Part shown: positions 8,294-17,435 of the stretch, in pieces
How positions within the stretch are numbered: position 1 is the stretch's first letter
Layout: every line of letters begins with the position of its first letter
Assembly: GCA_964438455.1 (NCBI GenBank)
Contig: CAYTLI010000001.1
Location: forward strand, 1,392 to 65,391
Length of the DNA: 64,000 nucleotides
From: an uncultured Pseudohongiella sp.
GTDB taxonomy: Bacteria; Pseudomonadota; Gammaproteobacteria; Pseudomonadales; Pseudohongiellaceae
Direction: 5' to 3'
Translations under genes and position numbers: made by a program
Notes under the pieces: generated by a model
Seen by the model: only the letters and a program-made list of their open reading frames with translations
Databases searched by the model: none
Told to the model about the DNA's origin: nothing

Positions 8294-10458
8294 GCCATCG
8301 CCTCCAGAATCTTGTCCCGGGAGATGGGTAGTGAACGCATGCGCTTGCCCGTGGCGTTGGCCACAGCATTGGCGACCGCTGCCGGTGCCAGGATGATCCC
8401 CGACTCGCCCGCCGTCTTGGCGCCAAATGGCCCGTAGCCATCATCCACTTCAAGGAAAGTCACTTCGATGTCCGGTATGTCCTGGTGAGTCAGGTGTCTG
8501 GCTCTGTAGTAGCCAGGCGTCAGCGGCTGACCGCTGGCAGGGTCGTAGAGCAGGTTTTCGTGCAGTGCCTGTCCGATTCCCTGGATCGCTGCGCCGCGAA
8601 TCTGGTCGCGGGCAGTAGTCGGATTGATGATGCGACCCGACTCATGCACTGCGACGTATTTGCTTACTTTTGTAGTACCGATGCGGGTATCGACTTCTAC
8701 CTCGACAAAGTGTGCAGCAAAACATTGCCTGATCTTGCCATCGGTGTTTGGCACCGGCGTCGCCGAGCCTATGAGCACGTCTGCGCCGGTTGGCATGCCA
8801 CTAGTATTGATTTGCTGTTTCAGGTCTTCTGCCGCCTGCACCACGGCATAGCCAGTCATGATAGTGGTACGGCTACCGGACTCGCCAACAGAGTAAGGGC
8901 AGCGATCGGTATCGCCCCAGACGACTTCCACCTGCGACAGCGGCACTCCCAGAGCCTCCGCTGCAATCATGCCCATGGTTGTCTTGGCGCCTGGCCCGAT
9001 GTCGGTCACGCCAACGTAGAGTGTGTAGTTGGCATCGGCATCGACTTTTACGATCGCACTGCTGGTGCCCAGTCCGGCGCGAAACATCATGAAGGAGAAG
9101 CCTGCACCGCGCTTGATCGGCCCCTCATCGGAGCCAGGTGTCACACGTCTTCGACCGCTCCAGTTGAACTGCTCGGCACCTGTAGTAATTACTTCGTCCA
9201 GAGAATAGTTTGTGTACGGTCGATCCTCTGTGGGACGCCGCATGTTCTTCAGGGTGAACTCCACCGGATCCAGATCGAGGCGGTAGGCGATGTCGTCCAT
9301 GATGGACTCGATACCATAGACTCCGTGCGGCTCCGAAGGTGCGCGAAAATTACCCGAGGTGGTTCTGTTGGTGTAGACCGGGTAGATCTGGCGCAGGCGA
9401 TTGGGGCAGGCATAGGAATCCATGCCACTGATGCCGCCCGAGTTCTTCCGGTAGGGGCCCATGCCGCTATAGGCGCGCATCTGCATGGCCGTCACGGTGC
9501 CATCATTTTTTACCCCTATCTTGTAGTGCTGTACCGTGGGCCAGCGACCGTGCACACCCAGCCAGTCATCTCGCCGCGAATATTCCAGCATTACCGGTGC
9601 AGCAGCTCTCCTGGACAGTGTCGCAGCAATCAGATCGGCGTCCTGATTCTGGTTCTTGTTACCGAAGCCGCCGCCCATATACTGGGTAATGACTCGCACC
9701 TGATGATCTTCCAGGCCAAGATCCCGCGCGGTGTCGTGACGACAATTGGCGATGCCCTGGGATGGGGTGTACAAGGTAAGCTTGTCGCCCTCCCAACTGG
9801 CCAATGAGCATCGGGGCTCCATCTGCGCATTGTGAATAAATCCGGTTTCGTATCGTTGTTCGAAAACCTGGTCGGCTTCTGCAAAGCCTGCTTCCACGTC
9901 ACCGAGGTCTGAAGTCATCGGCTCCAGATTACCCTGCACGTCAGGACACAGGTTGCCTTCCGGCCAGATCGCAGGAGCATCATCTGCCAGTGCTGCTTCC
10001 GGCTCCAGCACGAAGGGCAGCTCTTCATATTCAACTTCGATCAGGGCCAGGGCCTGCTCGGCGATATGGCGATCAGTCGCTGCCACGGCGGCTACCGCGT
10101 CACCGACATGGCGCACAGGATTATTAAAGATTAAGCGCTTGTGCAGCGTCGCTTCCTTTACCGGATCGTTATACTGGCGTCCGCCGTTGATGGAACCTGC
10201 GCCCCACACTATGCGGGCATTCTCACCACTGATCACCGCGATCACGCCAGGCAGATTTTCTGCTGCCGAAGTGTCGATAGACACTACACGCGCATGGGGA
10301 TGGGGGCTGCGCAACACGCGACCAAACAACATGCCAGGTAATTTTACGTCTCGGGTATATTTTGCGGCGCCGGTGACCCGCTCAACTGCATCGACACGTG
10401 CGGTGGCGTTGCCAATCGTCGCCAGAGGTTCGAGGCCGCTTCGGTTAGGTTCATTCAT
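8290..10458 (-). CDS. Xanthine dehydrogenase-family molybdopterin-binding large subunit (CoxL/PaoC-like)
   Basis: The ORF track gives 8290-10539. I prefer ATG 10458 (MNEPNRSG...), which forms an ATGA overlap with the 2Fe-2S subunit stop. ...RVDAVERVTGAAKYTRDV..., ...GGGFGNK... and ...GESG... motifs are present. Confidence 0.85.
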   Translation of the reverse strand: MNEPNRSGLEPLATIGNATARVDAVERVTGAAKYTRDVKLPGMLFGRVLRSPHPHARVVSIDTSAAENLPGVIAVISGENARIVWGAGSINGGRQYNDPVKEATLHKRLIFNNPVRHVGDAVAAVAATDRHIAEQALALIEVEYEELPFVLEPEAALADDAPAIWPEGNLCPDVQGNLEPMTSDLGDVEAGFAEADQVFEQRYETGFIHNAQMEPRCSLASWEGDKLTLYTPSQGIANCRHDTARDLGLEDHQVRVITQYMGGGFGNKNQNQDADLIAATLSRRAAAPVMLEYSRRDDWLGVHGRWPTVQHYKIGVKNDGTVTAMQMRAYSGMGPYRKNSGGISGMDSYACPNRLRQIYPVYTNRTTSGNFRAPSEPHGVYGIESIMDDIAYRLDLDPVEFTLKNMRRPTEDRPYTNYSLDEVITTGAEQFNWSGRRRVTPGSDEGPIKRGAGFSFMMFRAGLGTSSAIVKVDADANYTLYVGVTDIGPGAKTTMGMIAAEALGVPLSQVEVVWGDTDRCPYSVGESGSRTTIMTGYAVVQAAEDLKQQINTSGMPTGADVLIGSATPVPNTDGKIRQCFAAHFVEVEVDTRIGTTKVSKYVAVHESGRIINPTTARDQIRGAAIQGIGQALHENLLYDPASGQPLTPGYYRARHLTHQDIPDIEVTFLEVDDGYGPFGAKTAGESGIILAPAAVANAVANATGKRMRSLPISRDKILEAMA

Positions 10459-11141
10459 GCCACACCCCCCTGCCCGCTCTCTTGCTCTGCAGCGGCCACA
10501 ACCGCCTCCACAATAGCGTTGTAATTTGAACAGCGACAAAGGTTACCGACCAAGGCCGCCCTGACCTGGTCCGCATCAGGATTTGGGTTGTTGTTAAGCA
10601 ATGCGGTTGCTGTCATCAGTTGCCCGGAAGTGCAAAAGCCACACTGGGGACCATTGTTGTCGACAAATGCCGCCTGCAGGGGTGACAGTTCTCCGTTCGC
10701 TGCCAGACTCTCTACAGTCTGAATCTCGGCGCCATCAGCCCAGACAGCGAGTTGGCTGCAGGAATAGACAGGCTGGCCGTTCATCAGCACCGTACAGGCG
10801 CCGCACTCACTTCTGTTGCAACCGATCTTGGTGCCGGTGAGATCGAGCTGATCCCGCAATACTTCAACCAGGGTCCAGTGATCTTCCACGGCAAGCGCAA
10901 TTGAGCGGCCATTGACGATCAGATTGATCTCGGTACGGGATGCCCCCTGTGACTGGCCCGACACTGGAGAGGAATAGCCAAGCCCCAGGGCAGCTGCCGC
11001 AGATCCACTGGCAGTCCCTGCCAGAAAGTCCCGGCGGGATTGGCCGGAATGGGTGAGGGGGTCGCAAATCTTCACCCCGGAAGATGCCTGCTGGGGATCG
11101 AGCTGGGAAGATTCTCGGAAATCGTTGGTTTTTCTAGTCAT
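10455..11141 (-). CDS. Xanthine dehydrogenase-family [2Fe-2S] small subunit with Tat signal (PaoA-like)
   Basis: 228 aa. ...SRRDFLAGTASGSAAAALGLG... is a twin-arginine signal. The cysteine clusters ...GCNRSECGACTV... and ...CGFCTSGQ...CRCSNY are present. Confidence 0.85.
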   Translation of the reverse strand: MTRKTNDFRESSQLDPQQASSGVKICDPLTHSGQSRRDFLAGTASGSAAAALGLGYSSPVSGQSQGASRTEINLIVNGRSIALAVEDHWTLVEVLRDQLDLTGTKIGCNRSECGACTVLMNGQPVYSCSQLAVWADGAEIQTVESLAANGELSPLQAAFVDNNGPQCGFCTSGQLMTATALLNNNPNPDADQVRAALVGNLCRCSNYNAIVEAVVAAAEQESGQGGVA

Positions 11142-11336
11142 CGCCGGTCCTTGTACCTGATTATTGGGTTGGAACTACCGGGTGAAGAGTCACTATATCC
11201 GGCGCTTAATAGCAGAAGCAAGCCCTATTCCAGAGAGGCCTCACCGGCACGGGGAGATTGCCAAGCGGCGCTGGATTCTGCACTCTATGGGTGACTTTGC
11301 AGCCACCACCCATATCGGATACAAGCTGGAATCGAG

Positions 11337-12173
11337 ATGATCACGCCTTTGGTAAATTTCACAGCAACTGAAACATTCACAGCTACTTTCACCAACATCC
11401 GCCGGATGCTTCCTGGGCTCATCGCAGTCTCGCTATTTGGCAGCACAATATTCGCCGATCAGTTTCCTGCCGCAGAGGGTGATATCGAGATTACCCCGAT
11501 CGTGCATTCCAGTGTGCAGCTGACATACCAGGGAACGGTCATTCAGGTTGATCCCTGGGGAGTGCTTGGTACCGACATCATGCAGGCGGCCGACTTGATC
11601 ATCGTCACCGACAGCCCCGGGCATCACCTCGACGCGGAGGCCATAGCTGCCCTGCGCAATCCTGGCTCCAGCGTGGTCACGCCAAACAATGGGCTGCCGG
11701 CCCTGCCCGATGCCATTGCAATGGAAATTGGTGATATTGCGCGAATTGCATCGGTCACAGTCGAGGCCATTGCCGCCTACGATATTATTCCCGGTGCCCC
11801 GGAGCATCCCTACGGTGATGCCAATGGTTACGTGCTCACAATAGGGGGTAAACGCCTGTTCTTTGCCGGCGTGACCGAATGTGTCGATGAAGTGAAATCA
11901 CTGGAAGATATCGATGTTGCTTTCATGCCGATGAACATTCCCCCTGCTCGCATGACACCGGAGGCAGCGGCCGAGTGCACCAGGATCATCGACCCCGAGG
12001 TGGTTTATACCTATCACTATGACCAGGACTGGTCGAGACGCCTGGCGAATCCAGACATTGAGGGCAGAGAGTTGCCCAATGGCCTCACGGTCGCACAGAC
12101 TCTGGATGCTTTCGAGGCAGCCCTGGCAGGCAGCGGTATCGAGTTTCGTCGCGGCAACTGGTATCCCGAATAG
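11337..12173 (+). CDS. MBL-fold metallo-hydrolase, probably exported
   Basis: 278 aa. It has a hydrophobic N-terminal segment ...RRMLPGLIAVSLFGSTIFA. ...DLIIVTDSPGHHLD... is the MBL HxHxD-type region. An alternative start lies at 11406. Confidence 0.6.
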   Translation: MITPLVNFTATETFTATFTNIRRMLPGLIAVSLFGSTIFADQFPAAEGDIEITPIVHSSVQLTYQGTVIQVDPWGVLGTDIMQAADLIIVTDSPGHHLDAEAIAALRNPGSSVVTPNNGLPALPDAIAMEIGDIARIASVTVEAIAAYDIIPGAPEHPYGDANGYVLTIGGKRLFFAGVTECVDEVKSLEDIDVAFMPMNIPPARMTPEAAAECTRIIDPEVVYTYHYDQDWSRRLANPDIEGRELPNGLTVAQTLDAFEAALAGSGIEFRRGNWYPE

Positions 12174-12180
12174 GCTGGCT

Positions 12181-12519
12181 CTATCTGGCTGGCAATTCCA
12201 CCGGCTGACCGTGGGGGGTCGACAGGTAGGCGTCTCGCCAGGCAGTGAATAATTCCTGAAGTTCAGACTCCAGTGCAATTTCCTTTTCTGCCAGCAGCTG
12301 TTCCAGTGCGGCCAGCCAGTGCTGGTAGTAGGTATCACCCAGGTCAGGATCTCCTTTTTGCTGCGCTGCAGTGATTTGGGCGCCTAATGCCTGGGACCAT
12401 TCCTCGCTGCTGATCGCACCCTGATCTACCAGTGCAGTTACCAGTGAAAAGACCTGCGCCTCCCACGGCTCATTGAATGAGGGTTCGTCACTTAATTGTG
12501 GGCTCTTGGTAAAACTCAT
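12181..12519 (-). CDS. Nitrile hydratase accessory (activator) protein
   Basis: 112 aa, resembling the N-terminal part of the beta subunit (...FNEPWEAQVFSL...YYQHWLAALEQLL...). It has a 4-nt overlap with nthB. Confidence 0.75.
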   Translation of the reverse strand: MSFTKSPQLSDEPSFNEPWEAQVFSLVTALVDQGAISSEEWSQALGAQITAAQQKGDPDLGDTYYQHWLAALEQLLAEKEIALESELQELFTAWRDAYLSTPHGQPVELPAR

Positions 12520-13151
12520 GGTGCCAGGTGTTCCAGATAAGGTTCCCAGAGATCTACACGAACTTCTTTTGCCTCAGCATCAGCACCAAACAGATCAGCA
12601 CCAGAAAAGGCTACAGAATAGAGGTGTTCTCCATGACGATTGCCCTTTGCATTGTCATCGGCAAATACATGCGCGCCATAGTGATCGACAATGACTCCTC
12701 GTGCCCCTTGTACGTAGGCAGGGGCGCGTGTGTGCCCACGGTGTTGAATCTTGCGCACACGCACCTGATCGCCTGCCGAGAATTTTGCCGGCGCTTCCTC
12801 AGGCAACTCGGTCGGCCCACCGCTGGCGAGTAGTTTGCGCGCAGTAGCAGCATCAGGGATTCGAGAAGGATCGATAGTGCTGTCGTCCAGCAGCCGTTTC
12901 TCCTGTACTAGCCTCTGCAATCCCGCCAGCCAGTTCTCGTAGTAGCTGTTGTTCAGGTAGTCAACCGGATGCTGCTGTTCGCGAGCGAAGCGTGATTCGT
13001 CAATATTCCACCTGCCCAGCATGCCGGTAGCCAGGGTAAGCGCAAATACACGTCGCTCCCATTCTGCATGAAAGATGGGCTCTTCTGTCTCTGCCTCAGG
13101 TTCTATCTGTCCCAGGCTGTGCTTGCCACCAAGATCGTGTGCGCCGTTCAT
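12516..13151 (-). CDS. nthB: Nitrile hydratase beta subunit
   Basis: 211 aa, beginning MNGAHDLGG..., with ...[13 protein letters not shown]... and ...[12 protein letters not shown].... It has a 4-nt overlap with nthA. Confidence 0.9.
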   Translation of the reverse strand: MNGAHDLGGKHSLGQIEPEAETEEPIFHAEWERRVFALTLATGMLGRWNIDESRFAREQQHPVDYLNNSYYENWLAGLQRLVQEKRLLDDSTIDPSRIPDAATARKLLASGGPTELPEEAPAKFSAGDQVRVRKIQHRGHTRAPAYVQGARGVIVDHYGAHVFADDNAKGNRHGEHLYSVAFSGADLFGADAEAKEVRVDLWEPYLEHLAP

Positions 13152-13759
13152 GGTGCAACCTCATCGGGAGAACGGGCGCGCTCCACTCCGATCATGGCAT
13201 TGCGGCTGACCAGGCTACGCAACTGCTCTTCACTCCAGCCTTCTGTTCCTTCCGGTTGCATTGGCAAAACCAGGTAACGCATTTCGGATGTTGAATCCCA
13301 CACCCGGATATCTACTTCCGGATCGAGCACGGTGCCAAATTCAGCCAGCACCGAGCGAGGCTCACTCACCGCCCGCGCCCGGTAGGGAGCGGACTTGTAC
13401 CAGACCGGCGGCAAGCCAAGCACCGTCCAGGGATAGCAGGAACAGAGCGTGCAAACCACAAGGTTGTGTGTATCTGCCGTATTCTCAACCACACGCAGAT
13501 GCTCACCCTGCCTCCCCGTATAGCCCAGTGCAGCAACAGCGCCGGTTGCATCGTTGATTAGCGCTTTCTTGAATTCCGGATCGGTCCAGGCCTTGGCCAC
13601 CACATGAGCACCATTCTGTGGCCCAACCTTGTGTTCGTATGTTTCGATGATTGCATCCAGTGCTTCTGGTTTGACCAGCCCCTTCTCAACCAGCAATGTT
13701 TCCAGGGCTTTGATTCGCAAGGTCAGATCGGAGGGAGGTTCGGTATGATCGTGGCTCAA
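13148..13759 (-). CDS. nthA: Nitrile hydratase alpha subunit, cobalt type
   Basis: 203 aa containing the metal-binding claw ...[11 protein letters not shown].... The Thr in C-T-L-C-S-C is the Co-type signature. Confidence 0.9.
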   Translation of the reverse strand: MSHDHTEPPSDLTLRIKALETLLVEKGLVKPEALDAIIETYEHKVGPQNGAHVVAKAWTDPEFKKALINDATGAVAALGYTGRQGEHLRVVENTADTHNLVVCTLCSCYPWTVLGLPPVWYKSAPYRARAVSEPRSVLAEFGTVLDPEVDIRVWDSTSEMRYLVLPMQPEGTEGWSEEQLRSLVSRNAMIGVERARSPDEVAP

Positions 13760-13897
13760 GTTAAATCCTGCGGATTATTTAAAAAGATCGCCCAGGGGGA
13801 ACAGCGGATGATGCTGCCACGGGAGTTAAACACTTGTCCAGCGACAGCGTAAGAGAAGATTTAAAGGAAGCTAACTAAAGAAGTAACAGGAATTGAG

Positions 13898-14611
13898 CTA
13901 GTGCGGGCGCACCGAGAAGCGATAGCCGGCACCGCGCACGGTCTGGATCAACTTGGCATAGTCGATAGCCGTGTTCTCGATCGAAGACAGCGCCTTGCGC
14001 AGGCGCCTGATGTGCACATCAATCGTTCGTTCTTCCAGGTAGACATTGCCACCCCACACCGCGTCCTGGATATGGTCCCTGCTGAAAACTTTCTCCTGGT
14101 TTAACAGGAAGAACTTCAACAATCTAAATTCAGTTGGACCCATTTCTACTGGCTTGTCTTCGATGGTAATGCGATGGCTGGTAGGATCCAGCTTCAGGTC
14201 AAACACCTGCAGTACCTTGTCTTTCTGCTTGCCATTAACACGACGCAATACTGTCTTTATTCTTGCTACCAGCTCTCGAGGAGAGAATGGCTTGGTGATG
14301 TAATCATCGACACCTTCATTAAGGCCCTGGACCTTGTTGTCCTCGCTGGCCTTGGCCGTCAGCATGATTATTGGAATATTCGTTGTAATTTCATCCCTGC
14401 GCAGCCGGCGAGCCAGTTCTATGCCGCTGCCACCAGGCAACATCCAGTCCAGCAACACCAGGTCGGGCTTGTGATCGATGATTGATACATGGGCGTCGTG
14501 GGCATTGGCGGCGCTGAGACTGGTAAAACCCGCGAGATCCAGCGTGATGCCTACCATGTCCCGGATAGCGGCTTCATCGTCGACGATAAGAATGGTGGAT
14601 TCTGCTTTCAT
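13898..14611 (-). CDS. phoB: Phosphate-regulon response regulator PhoB (OmpR family)
   Basis: The ORF track gives 13898-14659. I prefer ATG 14611 (MKAESTILIVDDE...). Long near-identical stretches match E. coli PhoB as I recall it: LLDWMLPGGSG, DDYITKPFSP.ELVARIK, LDPTSHR, MGPTEF.LL.FF, DVHIRRLRKAL, QTVRG.GYRFS. Confidence 0.85.
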   Translation of the reverse strand: MKAESTILIVDDEAAIRDMVGITLDLAGFTSLSAANAHDAHVSIIDHKPDLVLLDWMLPGGSGIELARRLRRDEITTNIPIIMLTAKASEDNKVQGLNEGVDDYITKPFSPRELVARIKTVLRRVNGKQKDKVLQVFDLKLDPTSHRITIEDKPVEMGPTEFRLLKFFLLNQEKVFSRDHIQDAVWGGNVYLEERTIDVHIRRLRKALSSIENTAIDYAKLIQTVRGAGYRFSVRPH

Positions 14612-14694
14612 GGAGAAGTGATTCTTTGCTGTGCCGCAGGGATCAGGAAATCCGCGCAATGCCGCGAAAACTGGGAATATTTAAGCAAGATTAT

Positions 14695-14712
14695 ATTACA
14701 GTTTTGTTACAG
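14695..14712 (-). promoter_or_regulatory. Pho box upstream of phoB
   Basis: The minus strand reads CTGTAAC-AAAA-CTGTAAT. That is 15 of 18 matches to the E. coli consensus CTGTCATA(A/T)A(T/A)CTGTCA(C/T). It lies about 85 nt upstream of ATG 14611. AT-rich -10 candidates (TTAAAT, TAAATA) follow 10-11 nt downstream. Confidence 0.55.
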
Positions 14713-14734
14713 TGGGTGAGCAATCCAGATCTCG

Positions 14735-17248
14735 TCAGAACGTGTACTCGAGCTGGAGACTAACTTCCCTGCCCCTGTTGTAGCCCGTCGTTTCAAAGCC
14801 GCCCTGGGTGATCTGGCTGCGCTCATCAGTAATGTTCTTGGCTTTGAACGTCATCGACAATTCGTCAGTCAGATCGCGAATGAAGATAAAGTTCAACTCA
14901 CCGAAAGGTTGTTCAACAAGATCCGGTGCCGTTTCGATTCCTACTTCGGCTATACGCTCACCAAAATAGTGATAGAGCAAAGTTGCCGTGGTTCCGGCCA
15001 TGGGTTCATAACCCAGCTGGAAATTGAACAACCAGTCAGACTGCCCCTGCAACGGCCTGGTTAACGTGGTAAGTACGCCCTGGTTTTCGGGCGAGATGCT
15101 CACTTCAGAATCAATAAAGGACACATTGGCCTGAACATAGAAGTCTTCACCGATTCCATTGATGAAGTCTTCGCCAAGAAAATCGAGTCGTTTGTAGATT
15201 TCGTACTCGATACCATAATTTTCTGCGCCCTCAGCGTTTATATAAGTACCCTGACGAGTTGTACTGTCGAGAATGGATGCTTCTATGGGGTTGGTAAATT
15301 CCTTGTAGAACAAGCCAACAGACATGTAGTCGCTGAAACCGAAATACCATTCCCATCTCAGGTCATAGTTATTCAGCTCGGCGATCTTCAGATCCGGATT
15401 ACCGATGATGTCCTTACCGGTTAGCGGATTGGTAAAAGCAGCGGGAGACAGTTCCCTGAAATCAGGTCTGGATACGGTTTCGGAATAACCTGCACGGAAT
15501 TGGTGGTCACCATTGATGAACGTCACACTGAAAGCAGGCAGCAACTCACTGCTGTCCTGAAATGCTCGAGAACCAGTACCAGGCCTGAACAGATCAAAGG
15601 TATCTACAGTCTGCAGAAAGTCTTCCTGACGTGCGCCCAGGGTGAAGCGCAAACGGTCATCGAAGTTGAACTCGACTTCACCGTAGAATGCCTCTAACTC
15701 GTTATCCGCCTCGTAGTTGTCAGTGGGCCGGGTAATCTCGCGAATCACAAAACCATCGGCAGTGATTCGATCTGGGGTCAGAATCTCCTCAATTGGCTGC
15801 TGTAGCAATACCGGGTCATTGGCCTGCACACCAGCGAATGCGTAGCCGAAACGGCGAATTTCTGATTCACGCGCCTTCTCTGTATACAGATAACCTGCCT
15901 TCGTGGTTATGGTTGAGTTTGCTGGCCCACCATAGAAAGTCATACTCAGGTCAACACCAAAATCGCTAACCGTGTCATCCAGCACACTCCAGTTACGCAG
16001 GTTGCCGTCTACGCGGGAGGAAAACTCACCTGCGTCCCGGCGAAAGATACGCTCATCCGGCGAATCTCGCTCTGCCTTGATGCGGCTGGCGCGCCAGTTC
16101 AAGGTGAATTCATTAAACTCAGGGAAATAATGATCTCCTTGCAACTGGTTAGAGAACAGCTCGCGCTCGATCCATCTGATTTCATTGATCTCTACATCTT
16201 CTTCCGCTTCGATGGTGCCGATTTGTCGCGAAACCAGATTATCGGTCTTGCGCAGCACGATAGAGGTGAGGTGAATGTTGTGATTGAAGTTGAAGTCGAG
16301 GCCGGTGGTGAAGATCCCGCTGAGGTCGACGCTGTTCCCGGTGCCGGTATAGTCCAGGTTCTCCCGCAAAGTTAAGCCATTGGAACCGGGTACATAGGTG
16401 TCTCGATCAATTACGTCAGTATCCCAGGCATTGGAGTAATTGACGGACGCGAGGTAATTAATCTTGGCGCCGTTGTCATTGAGCTCGAAAAAATTTCCAG
16501 TGGAGACTGCGGCACTAACATTTGCCGGCAGGTCTTCTACCGTAGGGGTGTACTGGTTACGGAAACTGCGACCAACTTCATTTAGTTGCTCCTGGGGAAC
16601 ACCCACTCCAGAGAAGGGACTGAATTTGCGCAGCTCCTGATCATTGGCCGTTGCGACTTGCAGGAGCATAGGCTGCTCGCGCCAGCCGTCGTCCATGCCA
16701 AGCCAGTCTAAATCACCGCCATCGACCCGGAAACCGTCGTTGAATGCTACATTCTGAACCATGCCAACACTGGAGGTGACGTTAAAGAAGAACTCATCGG
16801 TCGACTTCCTGGTGCGCATTTGCAGCACACCACCACCGAATTCGCTGGGAAATTGTGCTGAATAGGTCTTCTGTACCAGGACACTCTCCAGAACTGCCGT
16901 TGGAAACAAATCCATAGGTACTACCCGGTTGATAGGTTCAGGGCTCGGCAGGATTGCCCCATTTAATAAGGTAGTTGAATAGCGCTCACCCAGGCCGCGC
17001 ACGTAAACGAACTTGCCATCCACGGTACTCAATCCAGCCACGCGTTTGAGACTCTCGGCGATATTGGCATCTCCGGTACGCTGAAATTCTTCTGCATCAA
17101 CCACATTGGAGATCGCGTCGGTGGCCCTCTTCTCATCGGGAACAAATTGTCCAACTACCGAGATCTCTTCAATTTGAGGCTGTTGGGCCATTGCCAGTGA
17201 ACTGACTGTGGCGGCCACGCAAATAGCCAGCAGCTTCTTGCGGTTCAT
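14735..17248 (-). CDS. TonB-dependent outer-membrane receptor
   Basis: The ORF track gives 14735-17281. I prefer ATG 17248 (MNRKKLLAICVAATVSSLAMA/QQ), which has AGGAGA 9 nt upstream. The plug motif ...VYVRGLGERYSTTLLNG... and the terminal ...LQLEYTF are present. Confidence 0.85.
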   Translation of the reverse strand: MNRKKLLAICVAATVSSLAMAQQPQIEEISVVGQFVPDEKRATDAISNVVDAEEFQRTGDANIAESLKRVAGLSTVDGKFVYVRGLGERYSTTLLNGAILPSPEPINRVVPMDLFPTAVLESVLVQKTYSAQFPSEFGGGVLQMRTRKSTDEFFFNVTSSVGMVQNVAFNDGFRVDGGDLDWLGMDDGWREQPMLLQVATANDQELRKFSPFSGVGVPQEQLNEVGRSFRNQYTPTVEDLPANVSAAVSTGNFFELNDNGAKINYLASVNYSNAWDTDVIDRDTYVPGSNGLTLRENLDYTGTGNSVDLSGIFTTGLDFNFNHNIHLTSIVLRKTDNLVSRQIGTIEAEEDVEINEIRWIERELFSNQLQGDHYFPEFNEFTLNWRASRIKAERDSPDERIFRRDAGEFSSRVDGNLRNWSVLDDTVSDFGVDLSMTFYGGPANSTITTKAGYLYTEKARESEIRRFGYAFAGVQANDPVLLQQPIEEILTPDRITADGFVIREITRPTDNYEADNELEAFYGEVEFNFDDRLRFTLGARQEDFLQTVDTFDLFRPGTGSRAFQDSSELLPAFSVTFINGDHQFRAGYSETVSRPDFRELSPAAFTNPLTGKDIIGNPDLKIAELNNYDLRWEWYFGFSDYMSVGLFYKEFTNPIEASILDSTTRQGTYINAEGAENYGIEYEIYKRLDFLGEDFINGIGEDFYVQANVSFIDSEVSISPENQGVLTTLTRPLQGQSDWLFNFQLGYEPMAGTTATLLYHYFGERIAEVGIETAPDLVEQPFGELNFIFIRDLTDELSMTFKAKNITDERSQITQGGFETTGYNRGREVSLQLEYTF

Positions 17249-17385
17249 TGTCTTCAAATCTCCTAAGCATTGCATATACAACTGCTGATTAGCTTATTGC
17301 ATTTGTGTTACATAAATATTACTGACGGTGAACTGACTGAAATCTGTCGAATCGAGAAGTTTCCTTTTTTGCAGATACCACACAC

Positions 17386-17416
17386 AAGAAAGGGTGCTCA
17401 CGCACCCCTTCTTTTT
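17386..17416 (-). terminator. Hairpin terminator after the 600-aa gene
   Basis: The plus strand reads AAGAAAGGGTGC-TCAC-GCACCCCTTCTTTTT. This is a GC-rich stem with one mismatch and U/T-rich flanks on both strands. It lies 20 nt past the stop at 17436. Confidence 0.55.
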
Positions 17417-17435
17417 GATAACTAAAATCTGCTGC

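Noticed and set aside
8485-9807. A 440-aa plus-strand ORF, with several shorter ones, inside the molybdopterin subunit gene.
   Set aside because: It is antisense to a clearly recognisable xanthine-dehydrogenase-family large subunit. The translation is Arg/Gly/His/Ala-rich and low in complexity, with no RBS and no recognisable motif. This is typical of shadow ORFs in GC-rich coding DNA.
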